From the human T2T-CHM13v2.0 reference genome, Homo sapiens: 64,000 nucleotides of DNA. The stretch is from assembly GCF_009914755.1 (NCBI RefSeq), contig NC_060931.1. The stretch is one strand, 5' to 3'. Below, piece after piece: positions 27,738 to 41,729 of the stretch (position 1 is its first letter; each line of letters begins with the position of its first letter). A program made the translations under genes and the position numbers. Below the pieces are notes generated by a model. The model did not search any database. It saw only the letters and a list, made by a program, of their open reading frames with translations, and was not told where the DNA came from.

Positions 27738-28571
27738 TCCCCACTTTTGAAAAATCGATTCCCTTTCCTTTGACCTTCTCTCTTATAATGATTAAACTTT
27801 GTCCTTTAAACATCTCCAAATTTAAAAACTGTATCAACTGGAATAATAGAATATAAAATCAAAGAATAGTCAGCTTTGATATTTACCTACATGTATAGAT
27901 CTTTTAGTCCATGAAGCAACTAGAACCATTGTTATTAAGGCCCTAGAAGATAACACACAAGTTTAATTTACCAAGACAAGCCTTTGCCCTAAAATGTTCC
28001 CTTAGAGTTGGGTACATGTGACATTTCTTTTATTCACATATAGAAACATCAGATATGACAGGAAGATGGGGTTGGCAGCTTTATGTCACAAAGAGTGGGA
28101 ACAGCTTACAAGGTACTTGTTGTCAGAGGGCAGGAAGTTAAATCCTGGCTTCCACATTCCCTGTGTGCCTTTTCCTGGGTATTCATTTTTTGTTTTATTA
28201 TAAAAATGAGATTAACTTGATATTTGAAAAAAGAAAATATCAAATACCATGTGCTCAAATATGCTAATTACTTTTCACATTACTATTTCTTACTAGCTAG
28301 GGGACATATACATACTTTTAAGAACCAGCAAGCATTTTTCTACTGAATCACAGAACCAAATACAGGCGTACCTTGGAGATATTACAGATTTTGTTATAGA
28401 TCACCACAATAAAATTAATACAGCAATAAAGCAAGTCATATAAATTTTTTGTTTTCCCAGTCCTTATAAAAGTTATGTTTACACTATACTGTACTTTATT
28501 AAATGTGTAATAGCATTATGTCTAACAAAGTATATAGCTTAATTTAAAAATACTCTGTTGCTAAAAAAATG

Positions 28572-30564
28572 CTAACAATCATCTGAGCGTTCGGCCAGTT
28601 GTAATCCTTTAGCTACTAGGGGGTCTTGCCTCTATGTTGATGGCTGCTGACTAATCAGGGTGATGGATGCTGAAGGTTGGGGTAGCTGTAACAATTTTCT
28701 TAAGAAAACCATAAAGTCTGCCCTATTAATTAACTCTTCCTTTCATGAAAGATTTTTTTGCAGCACATGATGCTGTTTGATAGCATTTTACCCACAGTAG
28801 AACTTTTGAAATTGAAGTCAATCCTCTCAAACCCTGTCACTGCTTTATCAGCAAAGTTTATTAAATATTCTAAGTCCTTTGTTGTCACTTCAGCAGTGTT
28901 CACAGCAACTTCACTAGAAGATTCTATCTCAAGAAACCACTTTCTTTGCTTATCCATAAAAAGCAACTCCTCGTCTGTTAAGTTTTATCATGAGATTGTA
29001 GCAATTCAGTTCCATCTTCAAGTTTCACTTCTAATTCTAGTTCTCTTGCTATTTCTACCACACCTGTAGTTACTCTCTCCACTTATGTCTTGAACCCCTC
29101 AAAGTCATCCATGAGCATTGGAATCAAGTTCTTCCAAATTCCTGTTCATGTTGATATTTTGATCTGTTCTCATGCATCACAAATGTTCTTAATGGCATCT
29201 AGAATGGTGACTCCCTTCCAGGTTTTCAATTTACTTTTCCCAGAGCCATCGGCAGAATCATTATTTATGATAGCTAGAGCCTTACAAAATGTACTTCTTA
29301 AATAATAAGACTTGAAAGTCAAAATTCCTCTTTGATTCATGGTCTGCAAAATAAATGTTGTGTTAGCAGGCATGAAAATAACATTAATCTCTTTATACAT
29401 CTCCTTCAGAGCTCTTAGATGACCATGTGCATTTTCAATGAGCAGTAATATTTTGAAAAAAAAAATTTTATCTGAGAAGTAGGTCTCAACAATGGGTTTA
29501 AAATATTTAGTAAACCATGCTATAAACCAAGCTTGTTCAACCTGCAGCCCACAGGCTGCATGCAGCCCAGGACAGCTTTGAATATGGCCAACACAAATTC
29601 ATAAACTTTCTTAAAACATTATGAGATTTTTTTGCAATTTTTTTTTTAGCCTATCAGCTGTTGGTAGTGTTCGTGTTTGTTATGTGTGGCCCAAGACCAT
29701 TCTTCTTTATCCAGTGTGGCCTAGGGAAACCAAAAGATTGGACACTTCTGCTATGAAGAGATGTGCTGTCATCCAGACTCTGTTGTTCCCTTTACAGAGA
29801 ACAAGTAGAACAGATTTAGCATCATTCTTAAGGGCCCTAGGATTTTTGGAATGGGCAACGAGCATTGGCTTCAACTTAAAGTCATCAGCTACATTCGCTC
29901 CTAACAAGAGAGTGAGCCTGTCCTTTGATGCTTTGAAGCCAGCATTGACTTCTCTCTAGCTATCAAAGTCCTACACGGCATCTTCTTCCAAAACAAGGCT
30001 GTTTCATCTATCTTGAAAATCAGTTGTTTAGTGAAGCCACCTTCATCAATTATTTTAGCTAAATCTTCTGGATAAATTGCTGTAACTTCTATGTCAATAC
30101 TTGCTGCTTTACCTTACACTTTTATGTTACGAAAACAGCTTATTTCCTGAAGCTGTCAGGAATGAACTAACTTTTGCTAGCTTCCAACTTTTCTTCTGAA
30201 ACTTCCTCACCTCTTTCGGGCTTCACAGAATTGAAGAGAGTTAGGGCTTTGCTGTGGATTAGGATTTGGCTTAAGAGAATGTTGGGGCTGGTTTGATCTA
30301 TCCAGAACTCCCAAACTTTCTCCATATCAGCAATAAGACTGCTTTAGTTTGTTAGCATTTGTGTGTTCACCAGAGTAGCACTTTTAATTTCCTTCAAGAA
30401 CTTATCCTTTGAATTTACAACTTCACTAACTGGTACAAGAGGCCTAGCTTATGAACTATCTCAATTTTTTACATGCTTTCCTCACTAAAATTAATCATTT
30501 CTAGATTTTCACTTAAAGTGAGAGACTCATAACTCGTTCTTTCTCTTGGACACTTAGAGGCCAT
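28572..30564 (-). pseudogene. Disrupted Tigger1 transposase (TIGD1-like)
   Basis: MASKCPRERTSYESLTLSENLEMINFSEESM; [27 protein letters not shown]; [27 protein letters not shown]; [14 protein letters not shown]...FHERKS. Fragmented by stops, frameshifts and MER30. Confidence 0.9.
29528..29750 (-). mobile_element. MER30 (hAT-Charlie) nested in Tigger1
   Basis: caagcttgttcaacc...agggaaaccaaaagattggacacttctg; 8-bp TSD ctataaac (29520-29527) / ctatgaag (29751-29758). Confidence 0.92.
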
Positions 30565-31604
30565 TGTAGGGTCATTAGTTGGCCTAATTTCAATATTGTT
30601 GTGTCTCAGCAAATAAGGAGGCCTGAGGAGAGGAAAAGAGATCCGGAACCTGCCAGTCAGTGGAGTAGTCAGAACCACACATTTGTCAATTCAACTTGCC
30701 ATCTTACATGGGTGAGGTTTGTGGTGCCCTGAAACAGTTACAACAGTAACAGCAAAGATTACTAATCACAGATCACTACAACATATGTAACAAAAAGGAA
30801 AGTTTGAAACACTGCAAGAATTACCAAAATGTGACACAAAAACATGAAGTGGGCACATGCTGTTGGAAAACTGGTGATGACAGACTTACTCAATGCAGGG
30901 TTGCTACAAACCTAATGCATAATACAGTGAAGCACAATAAAATGACATAAGCCTACAATAAAATTGTGCTGAAATGACTGTACTTTCTAATTACTTTTCA
31001 TGCATTCACACGTATATGTTGACAAAGCCTATTTTTAAAATTCATTTTGGCTGTTTATGGAATATGTGTTTCATTTTATAAATTGAGAAAAAATTTGACA
31101 GACTGTATATTAGGTTTCTATGCTGTTTCCTGGATACAAAAATATGATTCCTTAAAGTAAATCTAGCAATATTAAAATAACATACATTACAGTGTTTACT
31201 TGATTCTATTGGAACAAGGAAAATGATATTAATTTTTATAACCACCGAATATTATACCATATTTCTATACTCTTACTATACCATTATTACTATGTTATTT
31301 TACCATTATTACATTATTATCACAATACATAGGCCTATTTAAATATAATTAGGAGTCTACATTACCTGATGTTCTTATTACTATATTGTTTTTGTTGCCA
31401 CTAGGCAACTTGCACATATGTTTAGGAGCCACTTAATATGAAAGATTTAACATCACTGAGCCTAATTTCCTCTGCTGTGTGGTTGGCTGGAGAATAAATA
31501 TAGCAATATCTTCATGTGACTTTCTAAAATAAGAATGGATAATATTTCCCCAAACACATAACATGAAACACGCTTCTAATGAATAATCCTATATCTGCAT
31601 TTTA

Positions 31605-31740
31605 CTTATCACTATTCTGCTATTTTCTTATTTGTTTGTTTAATAGAATGTAAGTAATGTCCATGAATAGGGATCTTCCCTGTCTTGTTCATTATTACCA
31701 TGTTCTAAATAATGTCAGATGAATCATAATTTAACAAATG
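31605..31740 (+). mobile_element. L2 3' end remnant
   Basis: 'tagaatgtaag...ccatgaatagggatcttccctgtcttgttca'. Confidence 0.6.
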
Positions 31741-34164
31741 GGTAAATCCTGTATTTGAGCACCCAGCTTGATGGAGAAGCTCTGGCCCCACATATATAGC
31801 TACTAGTTGGAAGCACAGCAATGAATATAAACTCAAATGACCAATAAGAGGAATAAATGAAGGTTCTCTTGCCCTAAAATACAAAAACTTGAACTTTCCA
31901 ATTTTGGAAGCAGATACTAAGATAAATGTGCAGGTTTTATATAAACCTAAACAAATGACCAGCATCATTTAATCTAGTTTTATGCCACAAACAATAACAA
32001 AAAGTTGACCGTAACTATTTTCAACGGCATGATAAAAGCTAACACAATAATAAAGTATACTAAGGGTTTCTTACCATTGTTTCCACATTTCTGCTTACTT
32101 CTTACGGCTAAAATAAATAGCTATAAATTTTGTAGCTAGCTCATCTGTCAGTTTAGATATGCTCAAACCTTGCTTACATATAGAACAAGTGTTGAATAAA
32201 ATTATTGGGCTTCAAAAGTTTTAAGAATAAACATTTCAATATATGCAGCCATTTCTTACTTTAATAAAAAGAATTAAGCATAAAAAGAAATAAAAAACAT
32301 AAAAAGAGGTTTTAAAATGATCTTTCCTAAGTGTCAGAAGAGGGAATAAGTCCATGGAATTGATACATAAAATGAAGACTCTTACTCTTTTTCTTCCTAG
32401 TGCCATTCTTAGTATAATCAAATCTATCTAACTGTCCATCACTTTAACATCATCAGGACTCAATGGCTCAGTATGCTCAGTGGAACTCTGGAACAGGATT
32501 CCCACTTACCCGGCTAATAATAATGCTAATGAAACTAAATCCATAGCTTGTTTTCTAGTTTCTATTACCTTCAGGTATTTACCACTTCTTTGGTCCTATG
32601 AAAACTAAGAAGAGCAGAAGCTGTCCCAAGGTCTCAAAAGAATTTGGTTGTAGAGGAGCCAGGTTGCCTCAGAGCCCAGTCCCCGAAAACTCCATGATGC
32701 ATTCCACTCAAAAGAATCCTCAGACCTTGGAAATCTCAAGAAAGCACTCAGCTTGGGGTCAAGATAGAGTTTCTCAGTTTATTTATCAACTGAAAATGAC
32801 AAAAAGGAAGACAATAAGATTGAAAAATGAGAATTAGAAAAGAGAGTACAAAGTACCCACCGAAATTTTTTTCAAGTGGTATTAAAAAAATAAAGAAAGT
32901 CAATCACGTTTCTCAGAGAAAATACCTCTGAGGTGGAGGTAAGAATGTGATGTGAAATCTAAGGGAGTCATGATTTCAAGAATGAATTTAGTTGCAAATA
33001 AGAAAAAAATCTGATCCTACAGATATATGGCACAATGTAAGCAGAGACACGCAAAAGAAAACAAGAGAACTCAGGCTAGTTTCTAAATAGTTTGGGTTCT
33101 CTCAAGTGCTTATGTAAATTGAAATTTGGAAGACAGCGATTCACTAATCAAATCAACCCTTAATTTGTACTATCATTGGAATGCTAAATCTTACAGACAT
33201 AGACTGGCAGTTTTCTCTTAAATTGGTGCCTTGCTAGATTGCATAAGCTTTTATATTCATGATCATTTTTAAAGTTTAAGTATTATTTATATAAAGTGGT
33301 TAAGACATATTAACTATTTACAAATGTATCTTAAATGTTTATTTTGTGATTGTGTCTAAACCAAAAAATGAAGAAAGGCCATTATGTTCTGCTTAACCCC
33401 ATGATGCCTGCAAACTGAAGATGTGATATTTCAAATAAGTAAGTAATAATGCATAAACATTGTGTTTTTATGAAATGCATGTTAAAATTATGTCGATAAA
33501 ATATCTCTATGCTGAAACGGAAGTAAACCATTTTGATGTATGCTAATGTAAGCCTTTATAAGGGATATTAGTCATATATTCAACTGTAGTTCTGATTACA
33601 AAACAAAAATATGCTGGAAATTCCATAAAGATCAAACTAATTAAGGTACTTAATTGCCTCTGACTAATTATGGAAATTGGCAAGCTCAGTAAGGAAACAA
33701 GCTTTTTAAAAGAGTTTATATTTTAGGCCATAGCTTTCTTGGCTTCATTTTACTGGGAGCCACTTGTATCATTTCAGATCTTACACTGCAAGCTCTGTCC
33801 ACAGAGAGTTATAAAGGGAAATGACTGCATATGTATCCAGAGCTTAACTGGGACAAGGAGAAGCTACACTCTCAGACTTACAGTCAGAAGTTGGGTTGGC
33901 ATTTTCCTAGATCACACATTGTTTCTCATTAGCAGTGTGACTTCTCTCATTTTGTTGTTGTTGTTGTTAAGTCTTCCACAAGGCATATTTGTAGTTCATC
34001 GAGACCCTTTAACTCAAAGGGGCAAAATGCCTCAATCAAGAAACTATGAATCCCTGTGAAATATCTGACATAAAACAAAAGACAAATATTTCAGGCATAA
34101 AAGAAAGAACATACACTCTGGAATTTAACTGATAACGGCTTTTTAAAACCCAGTTGTGCCAGTT

Positions 34165-34340
34165 GTTAGGTACATTTGTAAGAACTTGGGAAGTTATTTA
34201 ATTTCTCTTGGTCTCATTTTCTGCATTTATAAAATGGAAATAATAACACCTAGTTTGCACTGTCGTCACAATAATAGGGACAATATAAGTTATCCAGCTC
34301 ATTTATGGAAATAGAAAGTATCCATAAGTAGTAGTTATTA
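34165..34340 (+). mobile_element. MIR
   Basis: 'acttgggaagttatttaatttctcttggtctcattttctgcatttataaaatggaaataataacacc'. Confidence 0.75.
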
Positions 34341-35024
34341 TATTTTATATTCAATGAAATATAATTTTTTCATACTATGGTTTACTACTTTATTAGAGAT
34401 ATATGAGCAGCTATGAAGAATCAAAGAATACTCCAGGGTGCTCTAGAGAAAAATTATAATTATATCATAAGAATCAAAGAGAAATAGGGGGGAAAATAAT
34501 GGAAATGAGTCAATAAGCAAATGTTATTCTATATTCTTTAATCTTCACCTTAAAATATTTAAGGTGCCAATTTCCATCTAAAATGACACCCTGAAAGGTA
34601 TCATCATTTACAAAAATTATGTTGCACAGAATGAATTGTGTGTAGTATTCCAAAGTACATATATATTGATAATTTGAAGTCAGTGACAATTATATTCAAT
34701 TTCTCCATATTCTATTAAACAAGGATGCAATCCATTTTCTCTCTCAAGCATTGAAAGGAACTTCCCTTGCCTTTTTCTTCTCTAGAGCTTCTGGTCTCAC
34801 TACTACTTAGAGATCATTAGAAGCAGTTGTAGCAACCAGTACTACAAAAGCAGTTCTTCCCACCCCACCTCAAAGTTGGTCAAAAAACACTGTGGAAAGG
34901 AAGTTTGCTATAAATGTCACAAGTGCAACAGAAACCTGACTTCTGTTGTTACCTACAGCAGACCCCAGACACTGCCACTCAGAGGTAATGCCACCATTCA
35001 GAACTACCCATAGATGTTTAAAAA

Positions 35025-35055
35025 GTGTGTGTGTGTGTGTGTGCATTTGTGTGTT
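35025..35055. repeat. (TG)n microsatellite
   Basis: Directly visible. Confidence 0.9.
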
Positions 35056-36690
35056 CAGAAGGCATAAAATCTGAATTTAGGAGTATTCAATGCATAGAAA
35101 CCACTACGTCACCCAACCCACCCTCAAATTACTGCACAACAGTATTTGTATGAATTTTATGTAATAAGTTAGTAAGTATAAAAAAGTTTTGAATCCAATA
35201 AATATCCTGCTAATAAAGATGCTCTCCTTCAGTCCCTATCAAAAGCAAGAAATCTCTTTCGAGATAGTTACTGTTTTGTTTTGTTATTAAAGTACCTTTG
35301 TTGCTGATCTGTACATGAATGTCATCACTGAATGGAAGCAGTCCAAGAGACTCATATCATTCCCACTAGAAGGAGAAGCTTTGATAAATCTCTAAAGCTA
35401 TGGCAGTGGTCCAGTCCCTATGCCATATGGCATTCCACCTGTCCCAAGAAGTTTTGTTAATGTCCTCTAAAGCTCCAAACAAAAATACTGAGACATAAAC
35501 AATCAAATCTACTCTGTGGTTGGATTTTTCAGCTCTACGTGGTAGCTGCAAAAATTCCTCATGCTGTGTGTGTTAATGAGACCCTCCATGGACACCATTA
35601 ATACATAAAAGCAATCACCCGTAACTCATAGGCCTTTTCCTTCTTACTATGTCTGAATATGTTCATTGCATTTAGAAACTGGAAATAAAATATACCCGGA
35701 GAAATTCCAGATGTCAGGAGGCATGAGGACTGAAGGTCTGAAAGTGTTGGCAAAATAAGCAAATCTACAGGTTGTGAGCATATTACCTCAAAGGATAAAA
35801 AGAACCTAACAATTAACCACAAAAATATATTATGTAAACAAAAATTACTGAAGCTGAAAACTCACTTTAACCTACAAGTATTCTTGTAGATTAGAACAGT
35901 AACAGAAAACTAAAATTTTTGTAACCTAATGAAAAGAATAGCAAGGAGATTAGAGCAAACTATCTGCCAGATCCTTTTGAATTACTGTCCAACCACTTTG
36001 TTCACTTAAATCTTTATCTCAATGGATATAAGCATTTTAGATGAAATAACATGAGAAGTATAAACAGATATGAGTAATTAGCTTGCTTAGCTTCTGGACA
36101 TGTAGGGAAATATGCTTTATTTTAAATTCTATGACTTGGTCACCAACAGAAATCTGATTTATTTTCATATCACATTCCCATTGTTTTACATATCTTGAAA
36201 TATTTTTTACCTTCAACACTACACTACTTTGAAACTATGATTGTTTATAGGCCCAGTGTTATTAGATCATCTTAATACATTTAAATATATTATGAAGAAA
36301 CAAATATATAATAACATCACAAATTTTAAAGTATTTTGCTAAATGAGTTCAGTAAAACTGGTTTCCTCTTAAATAACATATATTTTATTTTATGCATCTA
36401 AAAATGTATTCTGAGAAGAGTTGTATAGGGTATAGCAGATTCCCACCAAAGGTGTCCATGATGCAAAGAAAGGCTGTAATTAACCTTTTCTAAAGGAAAG
36501 ACTGCACAGACAGACAGACAGTGACACCAATGTATATGCTGCGGGCATGTGATTGTCACAAATACAGTTATAGCCATGGGACTATTCATGTCCTTATGTC
36601 TACTTTGGCCTTCATTGTTCCTCTTTTCTGCCTAATATATGCCTATCATTCCACTCAATTTTTTTAAGCATCTAGAACCATATCTTTCAA

Positions 36691-37076
<386 letters not shown>

Positions 37077-37819
37077 TAAGAACCTCTGGAATTCATGTAT
37101 AAAGGACAGGATGAGACAAAGGCAACACCAGGAAGAGGCCACATTTACTTTTGAAAACTGTTTCCCTACAATTTTCTGTAACTTCCCCCTCGTCCTTGCT
37201 TTTTTTAAAAAAAAAAAGTTTTAATACCTTTTTGTCTCCCCAGTACAGTATAAATTAGTCTACTTAGTTCTGGGAATAGAATTAGTAGTAGGCACTTTTT
37301 TTCCATAAATGAATACACCTTTACACAGAGGAAAAGACTGCAAACGTATAAATAAAATCAAAGTAAGTATTAATGTTGTCGAGGACAACTGCAAACATAC
37401 AGTGTGTGTTGCAAAGCAGTGTAAGAGAATGGGAGTAAGGTGGTGGTGTTCTAATAGTCTGTGGGCAGCAAGAAAATTAGGCCCTTCCCTTTCTGGCCAA
37501 GCAGGTCTTAACCCTTCCATCAGTGGGTCTCAAGGAAGCAGAGCAACTGCATAGACAAGACATAAGTTCTGCCACCCAAGGAGAGGGCCACCAGGCTCTC
37601 CCTTTTAGGACCAACTAAATATAATGCTGGCACTTTGAAAGAGTACCCAGATATTCAGGGCAATACCACCCAAGCCCAAGTTACATATCTAACCTTTTAA
37701 AATATATAGCTAAAAGCCAATTGCACTCTTATATTTCAAACATAGTATTGTAACGAGAATTCAAACCACTATATTATAGTTAGTGTCTGGCCTTACTCAT
37801 AGTATGGAGCCTGTTGGAA

Positions 37820-38150
37820 ATGAGACAGAATACTATGCTTAGCACAAAGTATGTTCTTATTAAATATTTATTGAAGGAATGAACATTGTCATTAGAATTA
37901 CATTTCAAGTAATAATAATCATTATGATGGCAAACACTGAAAAGGAGCTTATCAGGTGGCAGGTATTGTTTTAAGTGCTTTACAAATACCAACTCAACTA
38001 ATTCTCTAGACAAAGTGCACACAGGTTATTTACAGAGTAAACTGAAGCACAGAGACCTTGAATCACCTGCCCAAATCACTTATGTATTAATTGTAGATTT
38101 GGGAATCAAATCCAGGCAACCTGGCTCTGGAATCTGAGGCCTTAAGTACG
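37820..38150. mobile_element. L2 tail (+) followed by MIR (-)
   Basis: 'cttagcacaaagtatgttcttattaaatatttattgaaggaatgaa'; 'ttacagagtaaactgaagcacagaga...gggaatcaaatccaggca'. Confidence 0.65.
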
Positions 38151-38509
38151 TCAAAATACTGCCAAGTTAGAGTAAGATTTACATCCATATTGATGCTATT
38201 GCTTCCAAAAGGGAAAATGGATTTTTTTTTTTTTAAAGGAGGGCATGGGGATAGAGAAGTCCAAGTTGATTTGGGATATGTCAGAGAAGGAGAAGCTTTA
38301 GTAGGAAGGGTTGGGAACTTCCTGGCAGAGCCCCTCTGGAGAGGAAAAGTAGATGTCAGTGCTTATAGCTTGCCAGTCTACCGCTCCTGCTCCCTCCACG
38401 GCTTGTGACAGTCTCTGTCACAGTGTGGCTTAAGTTCTCTCTTGCTGTTTCAATAACAGCTTAAATAAAGGCTGTATCCCACATGTTTCAAGTCAATTCA
38501 TGGTGCTCC

Positions 38510-38862
38510 TGTCTTAGTACAGGCTGCGATTAACAAAGTGCCATAAATTGGGTGGCTTATGAACAACAGGAATTTACTTCTCACAGTTTTGGAAGGCTGA
38601 GATCAGAATGTCAGCTTGGTCAAGTTCTGGTGAGGGCTCTCTTCCAGTTTGCAGACTGACCTCTTCTCATTGTTTCTTCATATGGCAGAAAGGGGGCAAC
38701 AGACTGTTCTGGAGTCCCTTTTATAAGGGCACTAATCTCATATACGAGGGCTCCATCCTTGTGACCTAGTTACCTCCCAAAGGCTCCACCTCCTAATACC
38801 ATCATATTTGGAGTTAAGATTTCAACATATGAATTTGGGGAGTAGACATTCAGTCCATAAGA
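38510..38862 (-). mobile_element. MLT1A-like MaLR LTR
   Basis: 'tgtcttagtacaggctgc...ttataagggcactaatctc...ccacctcctaataccatca...acattcagtccata'; TSD-like gctcc / gctta. Confidence 0.88.
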
Positions 38863-40809
38863 GCTTATTAGACGGCTCTGCTCATCGTAGTTGGATCTGG
38901 CAGTTTAAGGAAGTAATTTGTTTTGTCCTGGGAGGAGTTAATTTCTTGTACTTGCTAGTGAGTGGGTAGCTAGTACAGGTAAACTGTTAATTGGCATTTG
39001 CACACAATGGAAGGGGACCCAGAGAGTGGCCACTTGAAAAACTTGGTATTACTGACACTCTCCAAAGTAGTGTCATTACTCATATTAGCTTATTATTTAG
39101 CTATTAGTCCTACAGAATAACATCTTTTTCAATAGGAAGATTTCCTACCTAATATGATCTTTTTAAGCCAAGGGAATTATTATAACTAGCTAACTTCCTG
39201 GAAGATCAGAACTACAGATATGGCTAATAAAAAAGTTCCTCCTGTTCAAGCACCATTCCAATAGCATCAGCCAGCTCCATTACTGCACCTACTAGTACCG
39301 TTGAGAAAAATCTGCCCTCAAGTGCAAACTGGAGTAAGTGGTAGAGAATGGTCTAGAGGCACCACAGCCAAACAGTGCCACTCAGAAGAAATAAGATAAT
39401 TCATGTATACTTTTTATTGTGGCTATTCTCTAACCAGGGCCCTACAGAATTCCATTCTTTAAAACCAGTGTTTTCAATTAAAATAACAAAATCAATTAGA
39501 GGAGACAAAAGAGGCAGAAAGATGTGTCTCAAAAGCAGAAACTTTGCCTTTGTGGTGTCAGAAGCCTGAGAGGCCTGTGTATCAATGATAACTATTAAAA
39601 GACATCAGTGCTTTCATGTCACCCACCTTTTTTAATGAAAAAAAAAAAAATACTACAAGGGCCTGCCAGAAAAGAAATTAGCTTGACATTAATGACCAGA
39701 AGAACAGCACTAATACTTAATAAATAGGGCAGTTATTTTCTCTACAGCTTTTTCTTTAGTGTGTTTACACTCTACTCATAGATTATACTCTAACTTTCCT
39801 ATCACAGATAACCTAAGTCCTGAAAAAAAAAATAAATAAATATTGGTCCACATTCTCCTAAACTCTACAAATACTGAAGAAACTATGGCATTCTTCAGCA
39901 AAGAACTAGGGCAAAGATAAGGGTAAGAGAATAAGGAGGATATTTTTAATACAGAAAAGCTTCAGAGGATTGTCATTCTTCATAGCTTTTATGATCTTGA
40001 ACTGACTTAGCTTAAGGTGCTTTCTCTACCTCCAACCCACCCCAGGCATGGGAAATAGAGGGCTTAGGAGTAGAAAGAGAAGACTTACTATATCTTTAAG
40101 AGGAAAGATTCCTTTCCTAGACTAAATGCTTATTCAGACAAACTGCTCTCATAAATTAGCCTTAACATTTCAAACTCTGTGTGACTATAATAAGGTTTTG
40201 TTTATAAGACAACTCTGAGTGTATTTGGAGAAAGTCCCTGAAATACAGGTTGATATGATAATTTCAGTTGTATTATCAGTGGAAATTAACATGGCCAGTT
40301 GACAGTATATAAAAATAAATAATGAAACAAAAATTGTCTGCAGATATACATTTTACAGCATCATCTCATACCATTTTTTACACTAAATTAAATGTCTCAC
40401 CAATAGCTAAAATCACTGATCACTGAGCTAGTAGGTATATGCTTTATCATTTCCTTTTATTTCTAGGGCAGCATGACGGTTATTATTTTTAACTCCTCTA
40501 AGCTTTCTAACTACTTGCTCTATTTTTCATTCTCAAGGTAAACAATGACACCTAAGCAAAAACAAGGTTTTCTCTGATTCTACTAGTCCTTCAGGCTTTA
40601 GTTAAAAAATAAATCTAGCATTACCAACATGCTAAACGTATATTACAGAGCTTCTTCCTCTATTATCAAATATACTTTTAGATTTGTCCGAAGGGAAAAC
40701 TATTTTTATTTTGCATAAAATATATGTATATATAAAACACAAAAAATACAAAATTAAGAGAAATATTTCACTCCGTTATGCACCAATAGAACAATAGGAA
40801 CGTAAGGTA

Positions 40810-40965
40810 GAGAAAAGTGGTTAAAAATACTTGCAAGAGTGAAAGTTGGTGTCTGCCACACTTAGGTCGAAATCCATTTACTACAATATGTCACTAACAA
40901 TATGTGACCTTGGGCAGGTGACAGTCTCTGGAGCCTTAGTTTCTTCAAGCAGTCTGGCATAAAAA
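40810..40965 (+). mobile_element. MIR
   Basis: 'atgtgaccttgggcaggtgacagtctctggagccttagtttcttc'. Confidence 0.7.
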
Positions 40966-41691
40966 GCCACACTTTTCACTGACATGACATGAGTATATTG
41001 CTTATCTATATAAAACAGGATTATCAATATGTATGTACGAAGGTAGGTTGGTAAGCAGGTATTTGTGTATAACATCATGTGATATAAACAAATTCTACAA
41101 CATCTTAACTAGGCAATTTGAATAGACAAAGTTTGCAGCTGGGGAAGGAGAGCTGGTGCCACAAATTTAACAGTCATCTAAATGACAGTATATGTCAAAC
41201 ACCCAATAAAAAGCCTGACCCATAGCAAACATCAATAATACTTCTTCCTTTTGCTTTGAGCGGGCAAACGGAATAGGAAAGAACTGACCACTGCAGTGGC
41301 AGATAAGAAGGCATCAAAGAGATAGTAAGGGTGAGAAGCAACAAAAGCATACTGCCTGACTCACAACTATTTCCAAGGCCAGCCTGGCTTACAAGTCTTC
41401 ATTCTAATGTAGTTATATGACCTTTATTAATATCATTTGCAGTATATTATTTTGTATTTTGAATGATATTCTTTTTTAAAAAAATATTCTTTGAACATTC
41501 CTCCCCCAAAATGCAGGTAAGAAAACCCAGGCAAAAGTCTAGATTAACTATTTCATTTAGCCTCACAGAGCAATTTAAATTCCATTAAAGCATGTAAAAT
41601 CTGTTTGTTACATTACAGTCACATTCACTATAACAGAATACTTCCAGAAAGATAGTTAAAATCTGTAACAAGGTAAAATGCTGCTGCTCAA

Positions 41692-41693
<2 letters not shown>

Positions 41694-41726
<33 letters not shown>
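41694..41726. repeat. (CA)n microsatellite, ~16 units
   Basis: Directly visible. Confidence 0.95.

Positions 41727-41729
<3 letters not shown>

Larger units (their letters stand above)
28363..30955 (-). mobile_element. Tigger1 (TcMar-Tigger/pogo DNA transposon), near full length, interrupted by MER30
   Basis: ta|caggcgtaccttggagatatt TIR at left, degenerate TIR 'aataaaatgacataagccta' at right; transposase peptides in ORF track. Confidence 0.95.

Noticed and set aside
27904-27942. Minus-strand peptide GLNNNGSSCFMD resembling a USP Cys-box, behind an acceptor-like site
   Set aside because: Immediate stop codon and no further USP similarity; judged coincidence.
35225-35335. Minus-strand GTGATGA...CTGA, C/D snoRNA-like spacing
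   Set aside because: No convincing terminal stem and no recognisable rRNA/snRNA guide.
35619-35678. 60-nt open minus-strand exon-like unit (FLNAMNIFRHSKKEKAYELR)
   Set aside because: Weak donor (gtgatt) and peptide not recognised; such units are expected by chance.
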